Below are positions 50,406 to 58,803 of a stretch of DNA of 64,000 bases, one piece after another. Where the stretch lies: assembly GCA_047947115.1 (NCBI GenBank), contig CP170459.1:4480001-4544000 (forward strand), given 5' to 3'. The translations under genes and the position numbers were made by a program. The notes under the pieces were generated by a model that was not told the origin of the DNA, made no database searches, and was given only the letters and a program-made list of their open reading frames with translations. The stretch comes from Verrucomicrobiota bacterium. Lineage in GTDB: Bacteria > Verrucomicrobiota > Verrucomicrobiia > Limisphaerales > AAA164-E04. Numbering within the stretch: the first letter of the stretch is position 1; the number at the start of each line of letters is the position of its first letter.

Positions 50406-52555
50406 GCCTTGGTTGGGTAAGGGTTTTCGGTCTCAAACTGAAGATTATCTCTAACAGCCGCACGAACAAGCGGGTGGCGATCCCGGGAAAGCCCATCACG
50501 CAGGTAGGGGTGTAGGCTCGGCTCCAAAGCGGTAACCGCCCTGACAAACCAGTGTTTGTCCCGGGTCAGGATCCGGTGTCGGATTCGGTCCTTGCGGTCC
50601 CAAAGGGCTAGGCAGGATCTATACCAGGGGTTGCGGCTGTAGAGCAGATCATCGGCTCCCTTGTTTGCCTGCTCCAGAAAATGGTCGCGTGCCGGGCATT
50701 CTGCTGACTGTAGGAAGCCGCTGATGGTGGCCTTCTGGATCAGAGGCTCGGGGTCCTTCATCAATCGGTTTAAGGCCTGGGGGCTAGTCCAAGGATCATT
50801 AGCAAGCAACCACCGCAAGGCGGGGTGTTCATCTTTCAACAATGCAGACTCGAACTTTTTGAAAAACGTAGGATACCGTTTGAGTTCGCTGGCCCGCTCC
50901 CAAAGCACCAATTTGGCAGCTTGCTCACGAATGGCAACCTCCTTAACCGCAAAAAGCGGCAACGAGTCTTGAAAACATTGCCAGGTCCGTTTGCTGAGGA
51001 CCTCCAGTGCGACCTCAGGCACTGGGTCCTTGACCAGCTGGCTGAGGTCCTCCCCGCTGATCCTCCAGTCCCGACAGATCTTCTTACGAATCTCAGGATC
51101 AGGATCACGGGTTAATTCGGAAAGGGTGTGGGCATAATGCTCTCCGCGATAGCGTGTGTGACTATGTGCCAGATAGTAATCGGCCACGGCATGACGGACC
51201 GAGCTGTCAGGGTCTTTGACAAGCTGAGGCCTCAGTGAGGAAGCCGGTCGCCCTGGCAGCCTGGCAGCAGCGGCCCTGAGCCTGGGGTCTTCGTGTCGGG
51301 CTGCCTTACCAACCAGGAAGGAATGGGCTGATGGATGAACCAGTGGGATCAGCTCATCAGCGGTTTTGGTCTTGATCAGCTCTTTGGCAACCTCCCTGCT
51401 AGGCTTTGGATTATCGAAAAGCGCCTGACGGATGGTGCCACCAAGGCCCCATAAGCGCTTCTCGGTTGTCCTGGAAAGGCCTTCCTTTCGCGCCAAAGCC
51501 TCGAACCAAGAGGACCGGAACCCTTTACCTATCAATTCCTCCACAGTCTCCTCAACAGCCTGATCGTCGATAGGCCATTCTAGTTTTATCTGCTCCCAAG
51601 CGGCTTGGCTGACGGACGGCTGGGAGTGGCGCGTCATCCGCCATAAAAAACGTGAATCAGTTCGCCAGTTTTGGGCCACGATTAAGGCGACTTGTGGCGC
51701 CTCTTCAAATGCCTGGTCGATCATTCGATACAAAAGGTCACGGGAACGTCCTTCCAGGCCACTGCGTCGCCAATCACGACACAGGGCAAAACTCACAAAA
51801 AACTCGGGCTTTTCGTGCTCAAGGGCATATTCAAACATGTCATCCTGTGCATAATCCTGAGCTAAATTGAGCGCTCGAATGCATAAATGTGGGTTGTGTT
51901 GAAGTTTGCGAGCAATTGCCAATACATCACCAACGACCTCGTTGGGTTTCTTGATGAAACGTTCTGCATACGGATGATCGGAGTCAGGATTTTGCCAAAG
52001 CGAACCGAGAGTGATCCGATGGTTACTGAGGTTTTTTATTACCCCCTTACCGACATCGAAGGAGGAATCCTTCAGGAATGGGACCAGGTGCGATGCTGGA
52101 AGCTTCTCTGCCGCTTTTTTGCGTACATTTTTGGACGGGTCACTAGCCAGTGCCGCCACATAATCTTCAACCAAGGCCGGCTTTCTGCTCAATAATCTGC
52201 CTAGTAAGCTCCATTTACCCATGCTTTGCCACTCAAGAAAATCCTCACAATCTTCGAGCCGCTGCGCTTCGGTGATGTAACTTTCAAGCACTTTCGTATC
52301 TTTTCTGTGGATCAGGTAAGTGTACAAACTCAGACGACAAACGTCCGGTAAAAGTCCATGTAAGGATTTTCCCTCGTTCAAAGACTTCAATGCCAAGATA
52401 GGATTATCCAACATGGCCTGGGGTTGGTCTATCCAAAGATTGATCAGCTCTTCCCATGGAGTTGATGGATTCAGAGCACGTCCCCCGGCTGCTTCGCAGG
52501 TATACGAGGACGTTTTTGGTTCTGACGCTCGGTTGTTTTGACCAACATCATTCAT
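50402..52555 (-). CDS. HEAT/LRV-like repeat protein
   Basis: Many L..DP...VR..A repeats (LASDPSKNVR, LVKDPDSSVR, LTRDPDPEIR, LSRDRHPLVR) and an N-terminal NPSTP...L motif. Confidence 0.75.
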   Translation of the reverse strand: MNDVGQNNRASEPKTSSYTCEAAGGRALNPSTPWEELINLWIDQPQAMLDNPILALKSLNEGKSLHGLLPDVCRLSLYTYLIHRKDTKVLESYITEAQRLEDCEDFLEWQSMGKWSLLGRLLSRKPALVEDYVAALASDPSKNVRKKAAEKLPASHLVPFLKDSSFDVGKGVIKNLSNHRITLGSLWQNPDSDHPYAERFIKKPNEVVGDVLAIARKLQHNPHLCIRALNLAQDYAQDDMFEYALEHEKPEFFVSFALCRDWRRSGLEGRSRDLLYRMIDQAFEEAPQVALIVAQNWRTDSRFLWRMTRHSQPSVSQAAWEQIKLEWPIDDQAVEETVEELIGKGFRSSWFEALARKEGLSRTTEKRLWGLGGTIRQALFDNPKPSREVAKELIKTKTADELIPLVHPSAHSFLVGKAARHEDPRLRAAAARLPGRPASSLRPQLVKDPDSSVRHAVADYYLAHSHTRYRGEHYAHTLSELTRDPDPEIRKKICRDWRISGEDLSQLVKDPVPEVALEVLSKRTWQCFQDSLPLFAVKEVAIREQAAKLVLWERASELKRYPTFFKKFESALLKDEHPALRWLLANDPWTSPQALNRLMKDPEPLIQKATISGFLQSAECPARDHFLEQANKGADDLLYSRNPWYRSCLALWDRKDRIRHRILTRDKHWFVRAVTALEPSLHPYLRDGLSRDRHPLVRAAVRDNLQFETENPYPTKA

Positions 52556-52579
52556 ACGATGGTAATTTAGTGGATGGGG

Positions 52580-52598
52580 TAGGACAAAAACTGTCCTA
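52580..52598. promoter_or_regulatory. Perfect operator-like palindrome TAGGACA-N5-TGTCCTA upstream of the HEAT-MoxR-vWA genes
   Basis: 7-bp inverted repeat about 25 bp upstream of the ATG at 52555. Confidence 0.55.
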
Positions 52599-52606
52599 GG
52601 CTTGTA

Positions 52607-52774
52607 TTAAATGGATTTATTGTCTTCATCTAAAGTCTCTGGGGGTTTGTTGTTGTTGTCGTCTTCGCTGGTTTTTTCATGATAGGCTTTCCAAACCTCA
52701 TCAGGAATTAGGGTCAGTGCGCTTCCTGCTTCCAGGTAAAGCTCACGCAAAGAGTCGTCTTTAGAATCAGGCAT
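52607..52774 (-). CDS. Small acidic hypothetical protein
   Basis: ATG at 52774 after GAAGGGG, overlapping the upstream ORF end. Confidence 0.45.
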   Translation of the reverse strand: MPDSKDDSLRELYLEAGSALTLIPDEVWKAYHEKTSEDDNNNKPPETLDEDNKSI

Positions 52775-53009
52775 TTTGGACCCCTTCTTTTGAATTCGAA
52801 ACAACATTTTTCCAACCGTCACGAAGCAATGAATTCCGTTTCTGGTGGGCCTTGGTGCGGGATTTTGTGTGGAGATTCACTCGGAACCGTTCCTGTCGGA
52901 ATCCATCCTTAATCGCCCAGAAGTGGCACCACCAGGTGCCGTGATTTTGGAATAGGTGATGGTCGGGATTATTTTTCCGAACCCGCACCGAAAGACTCCA
53001 GCTACTCAT
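52767..53009 (-). CDS. Small basic hypothetical protein (NPxHHL...GTWW motif)
   Basis: GAAGGAGG RBS, overlap with neighbours, C-terminal R.R.NL.T.....A...R pattern. Confidence 0.7.
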   Translation of the reverse strand: MSSWSLSVRVRKNNPDHHLFQNHGTWWCHFWAIKDGFRQERFRVNLHTKSRTKAHQKRNSLLRDGWKNVVSNSKEGVQNA

Positions 53010-53190
53010 TGTTCGCCTCCTTCGGTTGATGATTGCATGTCTGGCCTGTCTCGACTACCCGAGGAATCCTGCGGATGGGGATCACGATGAGTTGCTCACC
53101 GTCTTTCAAGAAGGAGCTTTTGCCCTCTATGTTGATTTGATCAGGCTGACGCGATGACGCGTTACCTGTCGTTTGTTTTTTGTCTGTCAT
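53002..53190 (-). CDS. Small hypothetical protein, first ORF after the riboswitch
   Basis: 62-aa ORF starting ~40 bp after the riboswitch terminator and overlapping the next gene. Confidence 0.45.
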   Translation of the reverse strand: MTDKKQTTGNASSRQPDQINIEGKSSFLKDGEQLIVIPIRRIPRVVETGQTCNHQPKEANNE

Positions 53191-53232
53191 GGCTCAATGT
53201 TTTTTCTGGTTTCATTGGCCACCAGGATCTGG

Positions 53233-53272
53233 AAATACAAAAGACCCGCACTCCAATCAGGAACGCGGGTCT
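53233..53272 (-). terminator. Riboswitch expression-platform intrinsic terminator
   Basis: AGACCCGCG-TTCC-TGATT-GGAG-TGCGGGTCT followed by TTTGTATTT on the minus strand. Confidence 0.8.
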
Positions 53273-53278
53273 AAAATC

Positions 53279-53400
53279 CGGAGGAGACTTACTTTCCACT
53301 CAATTGAGTGGCTCATCCGATACTTTTCAGTATCGAAGGCACCTTGGCTCTCCCAGCCAGGTTGCCAGGTCTTGCAACTTGCAGGACCGTTCCTGATGAC
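53279..53400 (-). ncRNA. SAM-I/IV-type riboswitch aptamer
   Basis: Minus strand: P1 TCATC/GATGA; P2 GGTC...GACC; core GGCAACC...GGTGCC; P3b TGGCT-GGGAG-AGCCA; P4 CGATAC/GTATCG; P5 CCACTC/GAGTGG; 3' tail CTCCT complementary to the L3 loop (PK-2). Confidence 0.85.
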
Positions 53401-53406
53401 GACTTC

Positions 53407-53435
53407 AACCTACATCATGCAGATGTGTTCGACAA
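53407..53435 (-). promoter_or_regulatory. Sigma70-like promoter for the riboswitch transcript
   Basis: -35 TTGTCG, 17-bp spacer, -10 TAGGTT; the predicted start falls at the first base of P1. Confidence 0.6.
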
Positions 53436-53456
53436 TACTGTTTTGTGTCATAAAAC

Positions 53457-53738
53457 TTAGTCGGACGAGTCTGGTTCGCCAATCAAACACCAGATCCCTT
53501 CTTCCCGTATGGTTTTAAGAACTTCGTCCAGAGCCTCCTGATCGGTATCAAAGGGATCATCCCAGACGGTCGAATTATCGTATTCGTCTTCAACCTCAAG
53601 TATCCATTTGCCTTCTCCGTCTCCGTAAATTTTAACGGAAACAGAGTCGTCGCCAATGCTGATGACTTGGCACAATGGAGAATACACGAGCTCAAAATCG
53701 TCGTCGCCTCCCTCGATTTCAAAAGTTGGTCTGATCAT
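53457..53738 (-). CDS. Small acidic hypothetical protein
   Basis: Protein-like composition (W.LEVEDE..NSTVWDD.F.TD.EAL). Start uncertain. Confidence 0.65.
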   Translation of the reverse strand: MIRPTFEIEGGDDDFELVYSPLCQVISIGDDSVSVKIYGDGEGKWILEVEDEYDNSTVWDDPFDTDQEALDEVLKTIREEGIWCLIGEPDSSD

Positions 53739-53842
53739 TTTCAATGAATCTAACCAACGGGGCGTTCCAGTCAACTCCGCTCAGAGTTGATCGGATGGCT
53801 GTCGCTGGGTGTATTCCGGCGTCTACTTTTTACCTGTGCGTT

Positions 53843-53970
53843 TTACTGCAACTGGTTTCCTGCACTGCAGAACAGTAATAAACCTGCCAGTTACTGCAAC
53901 TGCAAACCCTAAAGGGTTTTTGCAGTATGCAGTTAACCTGGCTTTAGCTTTTTCACTGCAACGCTGCAGT
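53843..53970. repeat. Putative replication origin: clustered (A)CTGCA iterons converging on an AACCC-TAAA-GGGTT palindrome
   Basis: About nine CTGCA/TGCAG units in 130 bp at the 3' end of the helicase gene. Confidence 0.65.
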
Positions 53971-55005
53971 AGTCCAGATACGAGTCTTAGGTTCCTTGGT
54001 CACTGAACCATCATGCTCAAGCTGCTTGAGCAAATTGTGAAAAGTACGTTCGCTCATTCCTGTCTCTTCTCTGGCAAGCTTGAGCCAGTCCTTTGTTTTG
54101 CAACCTGAAACCGGCAACAACTCAAGCAATTGCTCTGATGAATACTTCTTGCTTGCTCCTGCCTTGGTCTTCAGATCAGAAGGATCGAAGTCAACTCTTG
54201 TACAAACAGGATGACTCCAGCTTATCACGAAGCTTTCAACACTCGGATGATTACGCAGGACCAAGTCCACAGTGAAACAATCCTCTTCCTTGTGCTTGGT
54301 CATTGTCACCAGTGCATCCGGATCTCGAGCAAATACACCACTGCCTGAGAATCGATCCATTTGTTCCTTGCCGGCTTGGTTGCCCTTGGAAAAATGGTGA
54401 GCACTGATGACGGCGGCACCGGTCTGGTTGGCTATGTCATCAATTATGTTCAAAAACTCCGCTATTTCCCCGGCGGCGTTTTCATTCCTACCGGCCATGA
54501 TCTTGTAAAGCGGATCAAGGATAATGGCCCCATACTTCATCGGAGCTGCCCGGCTGCATATGGCTTCTCTGATGGTCGTAATATCGGGATTGTGACCGCG
54601 CAAGCCCCAGTAGTCGATGTTCTCCATTCCACCATCGGGATATTTTGCGACAACACCTTTGATCGATTGATCAATATTGTCCATGCGCTCCATGAAAAAC
54701 GAAGTGAGCAGTTCCATATTGACATACAAAACGCGGCACTTGTTAGTTTTAAAATCCAACCAGCTTCCGCCTGAAGCCAGTGCATGTGCAAGTTGCATCA
54801 GGATCCAAGTCTTGTTGGATTTGGATCCACCGCCAATGATCATTTTGCAACCGGCGTGTAACACCCCATCAATCAATTCCGCGGGCTTCTCGCGATCCTG
54901 CGGATTCAATTGACTGAGGGGTGTTATTTCCGGCAGATCATTGCCTTGCGCCAAGGCAAGATCCAGTGGATCCAGAATTAATTGTTCGGCATCCATCGTT
55001 CGCAT
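53953..55005 (-). CDS. RepA-like replicative helicase (AAA_25/SF4-like) with C-terminal HTH-like region
   Basis: GGSKSNKT Walker A, VLYVNME, IILDPL, HHFSKG and RFSGSG.F.RDPD motifs. Confidence 0.85.
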   Translation of the reverse strand: MRTMDAEQLILDPLDLALAQGNDLPEITPLSQLNPQDREKPAELIDGVLHAGCKMIIGGGSKSNKTWILMQLAHALASGGSWLDFKTNKCRVLYVNMELLTSFFMERMDNIDQSIKGVVAKYPDGGMENIDYWGLRGHNPDITTIREAICSRAAPMKYGAIILDPLYKIMAGRNENAAGEIAEFLNIIDDIANQTGAAVISAHHFSKGNQAGKEQMDRFSGSGVFARDPDALVTMTKHKEEDCFTVDLVLRNHPSVESFVISWSHPVCTRVDFDPSDLKTKAGASKKYSSEQLLELLPVSGCKTKDWLKLAREETGMSERTFHNLLKQLEHDGSVTKEPKTRIWTTAALQ

Positions 55006-55997
55006 AGGTCTCCATGTTGGCTCCAGTAATCATAAAGGTCGTTCACCCCTTTAAATGGCGACAATTCGTATACCTCCACTGAAGAGCACCCTGCATCAAG
55101 TAACTGTTTTTTCCAGCGGGATGCCGCTCGCCTTCCAGCTTCGTCATCATGTCCGAAGATCCTAATCACTTTGCCCTTGAAAAAAGGAAGCACGGCCTCA
55201 TGTATGAGTGAAGAGCTGCCAAGCATGCCCACGGGTGCACAATTAGGTTCTGGCTGTTCGGTCTGGATGATGTGATGTGCAATCAGGAAATCCGGAATTC
55301 CCTCAACCAAGGCTATGTTCCTGAACTTTGATGCCTCCACAATACCAACGGGCCAGCTTTTCCGACTACCGGGCTCGGCCTTGCTTTTAATTCCTGCTGG
55401 AAATGGCTTGTTGTCCAGCCGCCGTGCCTCAATGACGTTCCCTGTTTTGTCGCATACGTAGTAGCATTCGTTCTTGCACTTAAGAACGCCGCGCTCCGAA
55501 GCCCAGAGCAGTCCCTGCAGACCGTAAGGCCTCTCATGAGCCATTTGCTGCAGAATCTGCCTAGAGGGCTTCAGAAGGCCGCGACCTTGCTCGTATGCCT
55601 CTGCATCCAGAAACATTTTGGGATCCAAGTTAACCGGTTGATCCTTGGTCCTGCGCAAAGGGCGGATCCGCTTTGGTGGGGCAACCTTAGCCAGGGTTCT
55701 GTATATGTCCAACACCTTGGCAAAATCTTTGTGCCGATCGAAACCGTGAACAGTGGCAATGAATTGAAGTTCATCTCCAACAAGTCCTGTTCCGTGGTCT
55801 TTGAACAACCAATTGGTCTCAACTTGATAAATCCCAAAACTTGGATTCTTATCGTCCCTGAAGGGTGAAGAACATGATTTTTTGGCATAATCGCCGAAAT
55901 CCATTGCTTCCATCAGATCTGGGAGTGGAAGCGCTTGTTTGAGTTGTTTAATTTGACTCTGCACCTTGGCAGGAGTTTGAACTTTTAATTGTTTCAT
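54978..55997 (-). CDS. Primase-like protein (degenerate CHC2-type N-terminus plus TOPRIM domain)
   Basis: SPFRDDKNPSF...FKDHGTG..GD, LVEG.PD, GHDDEAG and VNDLYD motifs. ATG at 55997 is ATGA-coupled to the upstream gene. Confidence 0.8.
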   Translation of the reverse strand: MKQLKVQTPAKVQSQIKQLKQALPLPDLMEAMDFGDYAKKSCSSPFRDDKNPSFGIYQVETNWLFKDHGTGLVGDELQFIATVHGFDRHKDFAKVLDIYRTLAKVAPPKRIRPLRRTKDQPVNLDPKMFLDAEAYEQGRGLLKPSRQILQQMAHERPYGLQGLLWASERGVLKCKNECYYVCDKTGNVIEARRLDNKPFPAGIKSKAEPGSRKSWPVGIVEASKFRNIALVEGIPDFLIAHHIIQTEQPEPNCAPVGMLGSSSLIHEAVLPFFKGKVIRIFGHDDEAGRRAASRWKKQLLDAGCSSVEVYELSPFKGVNDLYDYWSQHGDLCERWMPNN

Positions 55998-56404
55998 AAA
56001 TTTGAGTTGGGAGAGTACACACCCTCCCCAATTGATAAGTTTTCTGTTAATGGTTTGATTTCCACTACCTTGGCCATGGTTTGACCTTCGGCCTCGAAAT
56101 GCGCTACTTTCAGTTGGCATTTCTTTCCCTTGAGCTTCATTAGATCGAACTCGTTGTGAAGTTCCTCTGGACCTACCCATGCAGATAGATCCTTTAGCAG
56201 ATTGCTTTTGGGATGCAGGGTTGCGTTATAGGATTTCCTGATCTGAAGCGTCTCTGATGAGTCTTCAGGGACGATCAACCATGTGAAACGGACGAGGTGC
56301 TTGTTGCCATATTCAGTAGGCACAAAGCCTCTGTCCACGATCTCGGAGCAAATTGCCCGATGCCATCCCTCTTGGGGCAGTTGTCTAAGTAATTTTAACT
56401 TCAT
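55994..56404 (-). CDS. Phage-type SSB/replication-associated protein
   Basis: G.H.A.C..IVD.G...T.YG, Y..TLH.KSNL.KDL..W.G and FDL..L.GK.CQL.V.H pattern. Sits in the replication operon. Confidence 0.6.
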   Translation of the reverse strand: MKLKLLRQLPQEGWHRAICSEIVDRGFVPTEYGNKHLVRFTWLIVPEDSSETLQIRKSYNATLHPKSNLLKDLSAWVGPEELHNEFDLMKLKGKKCQLKVAHFEAEGQTMAKVVEIKPLTENLSIGEGVYSPNSNL

Positions 56405-56506
56405 GATTTTATGGGTGTTCGTGTGCCTAAATGCACAGGAAATTGGTTTGTGACGGAAAATCTCAAGGCACAGATATCCATCCAGACACCCCGAAAAGGG
56501 GGTGCC

Positions 56507-56824
56507 CTACTTGCTAATCTGTTGTGTTGGATTTTTTGTTGGGGGGTGGGGGGTGTTCCTCCTGACGGCTTTGATTTCGAGCAAATTCAAGGCTTGCTTG
56601 ACACTATCTGGGTCGAAGCGAACGCACCTTTTGCCGAGGCGGGTCACCGGAATCTTTTTGGCATCTACCAACTTTTCGAGTTGGCGAATTGAGATTTGAA
56701 GCTGGGCGGCTAGCTGCCGCTTGTTGAGATAGGAATTACCATACCAGGTTGAATTGACAAAGTCGCTGCAATTTGCGCTATTGTTTCCCAATTGTGTGTC
56801 TCGTGCAGGAGTGTTCGTATCCAT
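56507..56824 (-). CDS. Excisionase/AlpA-like HTH DNA-binding protein
   Basis: YLNKRQLAAQLQISIRQLEKLVDAKKIPVTRLGKRCVRFD. Confidence 0.8.
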   Translation of the reverse strand: MDTNTPARDTQLGNNSANCSDFVNSTWYGNSYLNKRQLAAQLQISIRQLEKLVDAKKIPVTRLGKRCVRFDPDSVKQALNLLEIKAVRRNTPHPPTKNPTQQISK

Positions 56825-56855
56825 GTGGACAACCTGTCCGACGTTTGAGGAAATG

Positions 56856-57518
56856 TCATCTGGACAATTTTGGATCCAAGTTTGTCCAACTCGCATCTAG
56901 TATAAATTGAAAACCTTTACGGCGAAACCCTCTTATTATTGGCCCTCTAGTTACGTGGTTGTATCGAATTAGCCCCAGTCTCTGAACTGCTTTCCGGTAG
57001 TTTTGCTCATCACACGTATGTCCGCTTATTTTTGAAAGGTGATAGGCTCCATCATCGTCTGTCATCATCCATAAAAACCCATTCACCCAAAACTGTAGAA
57101 TTCCAAACTCGATTTTGAACGTTTTTTTACTAATGCGTCTGGTGTATCTTCGGTGAGCAGTATGGATTTTTTGAAAAAACTCAGAATCCCCATTGAGTGC
57201 CTTCTCTAGGATATGATAAGCGAAGAACTTCAATGCAGCGTCAAGCTGGCCGAGTGAAATTAAACCAAAAAACGCTTCATCTTTTTTCGTGTCACTCTTT
57301 GTTATATCCTTTTGGCTCTTTGAGAGCCCAAAAGCTTTCCGTTGATATGCATGGACCTTTTCTTTCCAATTTTTGTGAACTTTGTCAAAGCCTTCGATTT
57401 TCGTTGTTTTCCTAAAAAAATCTTCTAGCCCGTTATCCAACTGCCATTTTTTACCTAGCTGTTGTCCAACACCTGCCAGTAACTCATCCCACTCGTCTAG
57501 TTGGTATGATTTTTCCAT
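56856..57518 (-). CDS. Hypothetical protein coupled to the integrase (possible regulator)
   Basis: TAATG stop/start overlap with the integrase at 57516-57520. No recognisable motif. Confidence 0.65.
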   Translation of the reverse strand: MEKSYQLDEWDELLAGVGQQLGKKWQLDNGLEDFFRKTTKIEGFDKVHKNWKEKVHAYQRKAFGLSKSQKDITKSDTKKDEAFFGLISLGQLDAALKFFAYHILEKALNGDSEFFQKIHTAHRRYTRRISKKTFKIEFGILQFWVNGFLWMMTDDDGAYHLSKISGHTCDEQNYRKAVQRLGLIRYNHVTRGPIIRGFRRKGFQFILDASWTNLDPKLSR

Positions 57519-58711
57519 TAACTTCCTTTTAAGTGACTCAGTTCTCTTCGTAGGTCTAGGACCGAGTTTTGTGGATCTGGTAAACATTCCTTTAATTGAG
57601 GAAAGGCAACTTCTGATCGGATACTCCAGTAGGCTTCGGATTTATCCTTAGTTACCAGTTCCCGGTAATGCTGGTAAAGCATCGCCGTATCAGAGTGCCC
57701 CAGTTCCATGGCGGTTCGTTTTGGGTCATTGAACATCGCATAGTGGTATGAAGCAAAGGAATGGCGGAAGTCGTTCTTCCTTGCCCGTCCGATCCCAAGT
57801 TCTTGCCACGCTGCATTTAATAGTCGTCTCAAGTTTGGAGGCTTCACTTTCCCACTCCGATTGCCTTGGGCAAATAGCCATGATTGGAGGTTCGGTTGGA
57901 TCTCAACCAAGCGTCTTCTTGAGGTTTTGGCATTGGCTGCTTTGATTTCAATGTAGCCGGATTCCAGGTCAACCTCATCCCAGTTTAGCTTATCCAGTTC
58001 GGCGATCCTTAGGCCAGCGAATGCTGCGATAGCCAGGTAGGAATGGATCTTGGGATCCGCAACTGACAACAACTTTCTTAGTTGCTCTGGCGTCAGTATC
58101 TTGATGGGATCTGGTTTGGCTTTGACTTTCTCGATTCTGGAGACTGGGTTCTCAGCAACAAAGCCGTGCTTCAAGGCATGGGTGAAAAGTCCGTTCAGGA
58201 CTGTCCTGAAGTTGTTCATGCTCTGTGCGCTCAGTCCAAGGCTATGAATCCAATGGTCGATCTCCGAAGCTTTGATGGTTGCAGCAATTTTCTTTTGGAA
58301 AGCCTCATTAAATCGGCCTAATCTGTAGCTCAAATCTTTGAGGTATCGTTCACTGTTTTGTTTTCGAGATTTGGTGCCCAGATAATCTGCAATCAGATCG
58401 GAAACAGTGCAGCTGTTCTTGGAGCTTTCCAGGTGGGATAGGTAAAAGTTGACGGCTTCAGAAAGTGTGGCTTTGAAGGGCTTGAGGCGATCATCACATT
58501 GGACTGCTTCAAGACGTAACTGGTCGCTGATTGCGAAGGCTTTGTTGCCGAGGTTTTCAAGTTCGATTAAGATTTGATCCCTGCGAGTATTCGCCTCTTT
58601 TTTGGTTTTGAAGAATTCGCGGGTGCGCTTGCCATCCTTTGGGTAGCCGACGACCCATTTTGAAGTAGGAGAATGCTTGTAAGGTTTGACAGAAACTTTC
58701 GGCGAGCCCAT
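57518..58711 (-). CDS. int: Tyrosine recombinase/integrase
   Basis: N-terminal arm domain (W.V.Y..DGKR.R.FF.TK.EA), AGLR..E, AKT, ND.RHSFASY, LGHS and HY catalytic region. Confidence 0.95.
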   Translation of the reverse strand: MGSPKVSVKPYKHSPTSKWVVGYPKDGKRTREFFKTKKEANTRRDQILIELENLGNKAFAISDQLRLEAVQCDDRLKPFKATLSEAVNFYLSHLESSKNSCTVSDLIADYLGTKSRKQNSERYLKDLSYRLGRFNEAFQKKIAATIKASEIDHWIHSLGLSAQSMNNFRTVLNGLFTHALKHGFVAENPVSRIEKVKAKPDPIKILTPEQLRKLLSVADPKIHSYLAIAAFAGLRIAELDKLNWDEVDLESGYIEIKAANAKTSRRRLVEIQPNLQSWLFAQGNRSGKVKPPNLRRLLNAAWQELGIGRARKNDFRHSFASYHYAMFNDPKRTAMELGHSDTAMLYQHYRELVTKDKSEAYWSIRSEVAFPQLKECLPDPQNSVLDLRRELSHLKGS

Positions 58712-58740
58712 GCGTTTAAGTTCGCATATGAGCGTTTTTG

Positions 58741-58759
58741 CGTCAATAAAAAGTCAATG
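58741..58759 (+). repeat. Putative integrase arm-type site (tandem GTCAAT), right copy
   Basis: CGTCAATAAAAAGTCAATG, 17/19 identical to 36586-36604. Confidence 0.65.
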
Positions 58760-58803
58760 TTTCGGCACTAAGCTTGAGCATTGTGTGTAAGTCGTTGAAG
58801 GAG

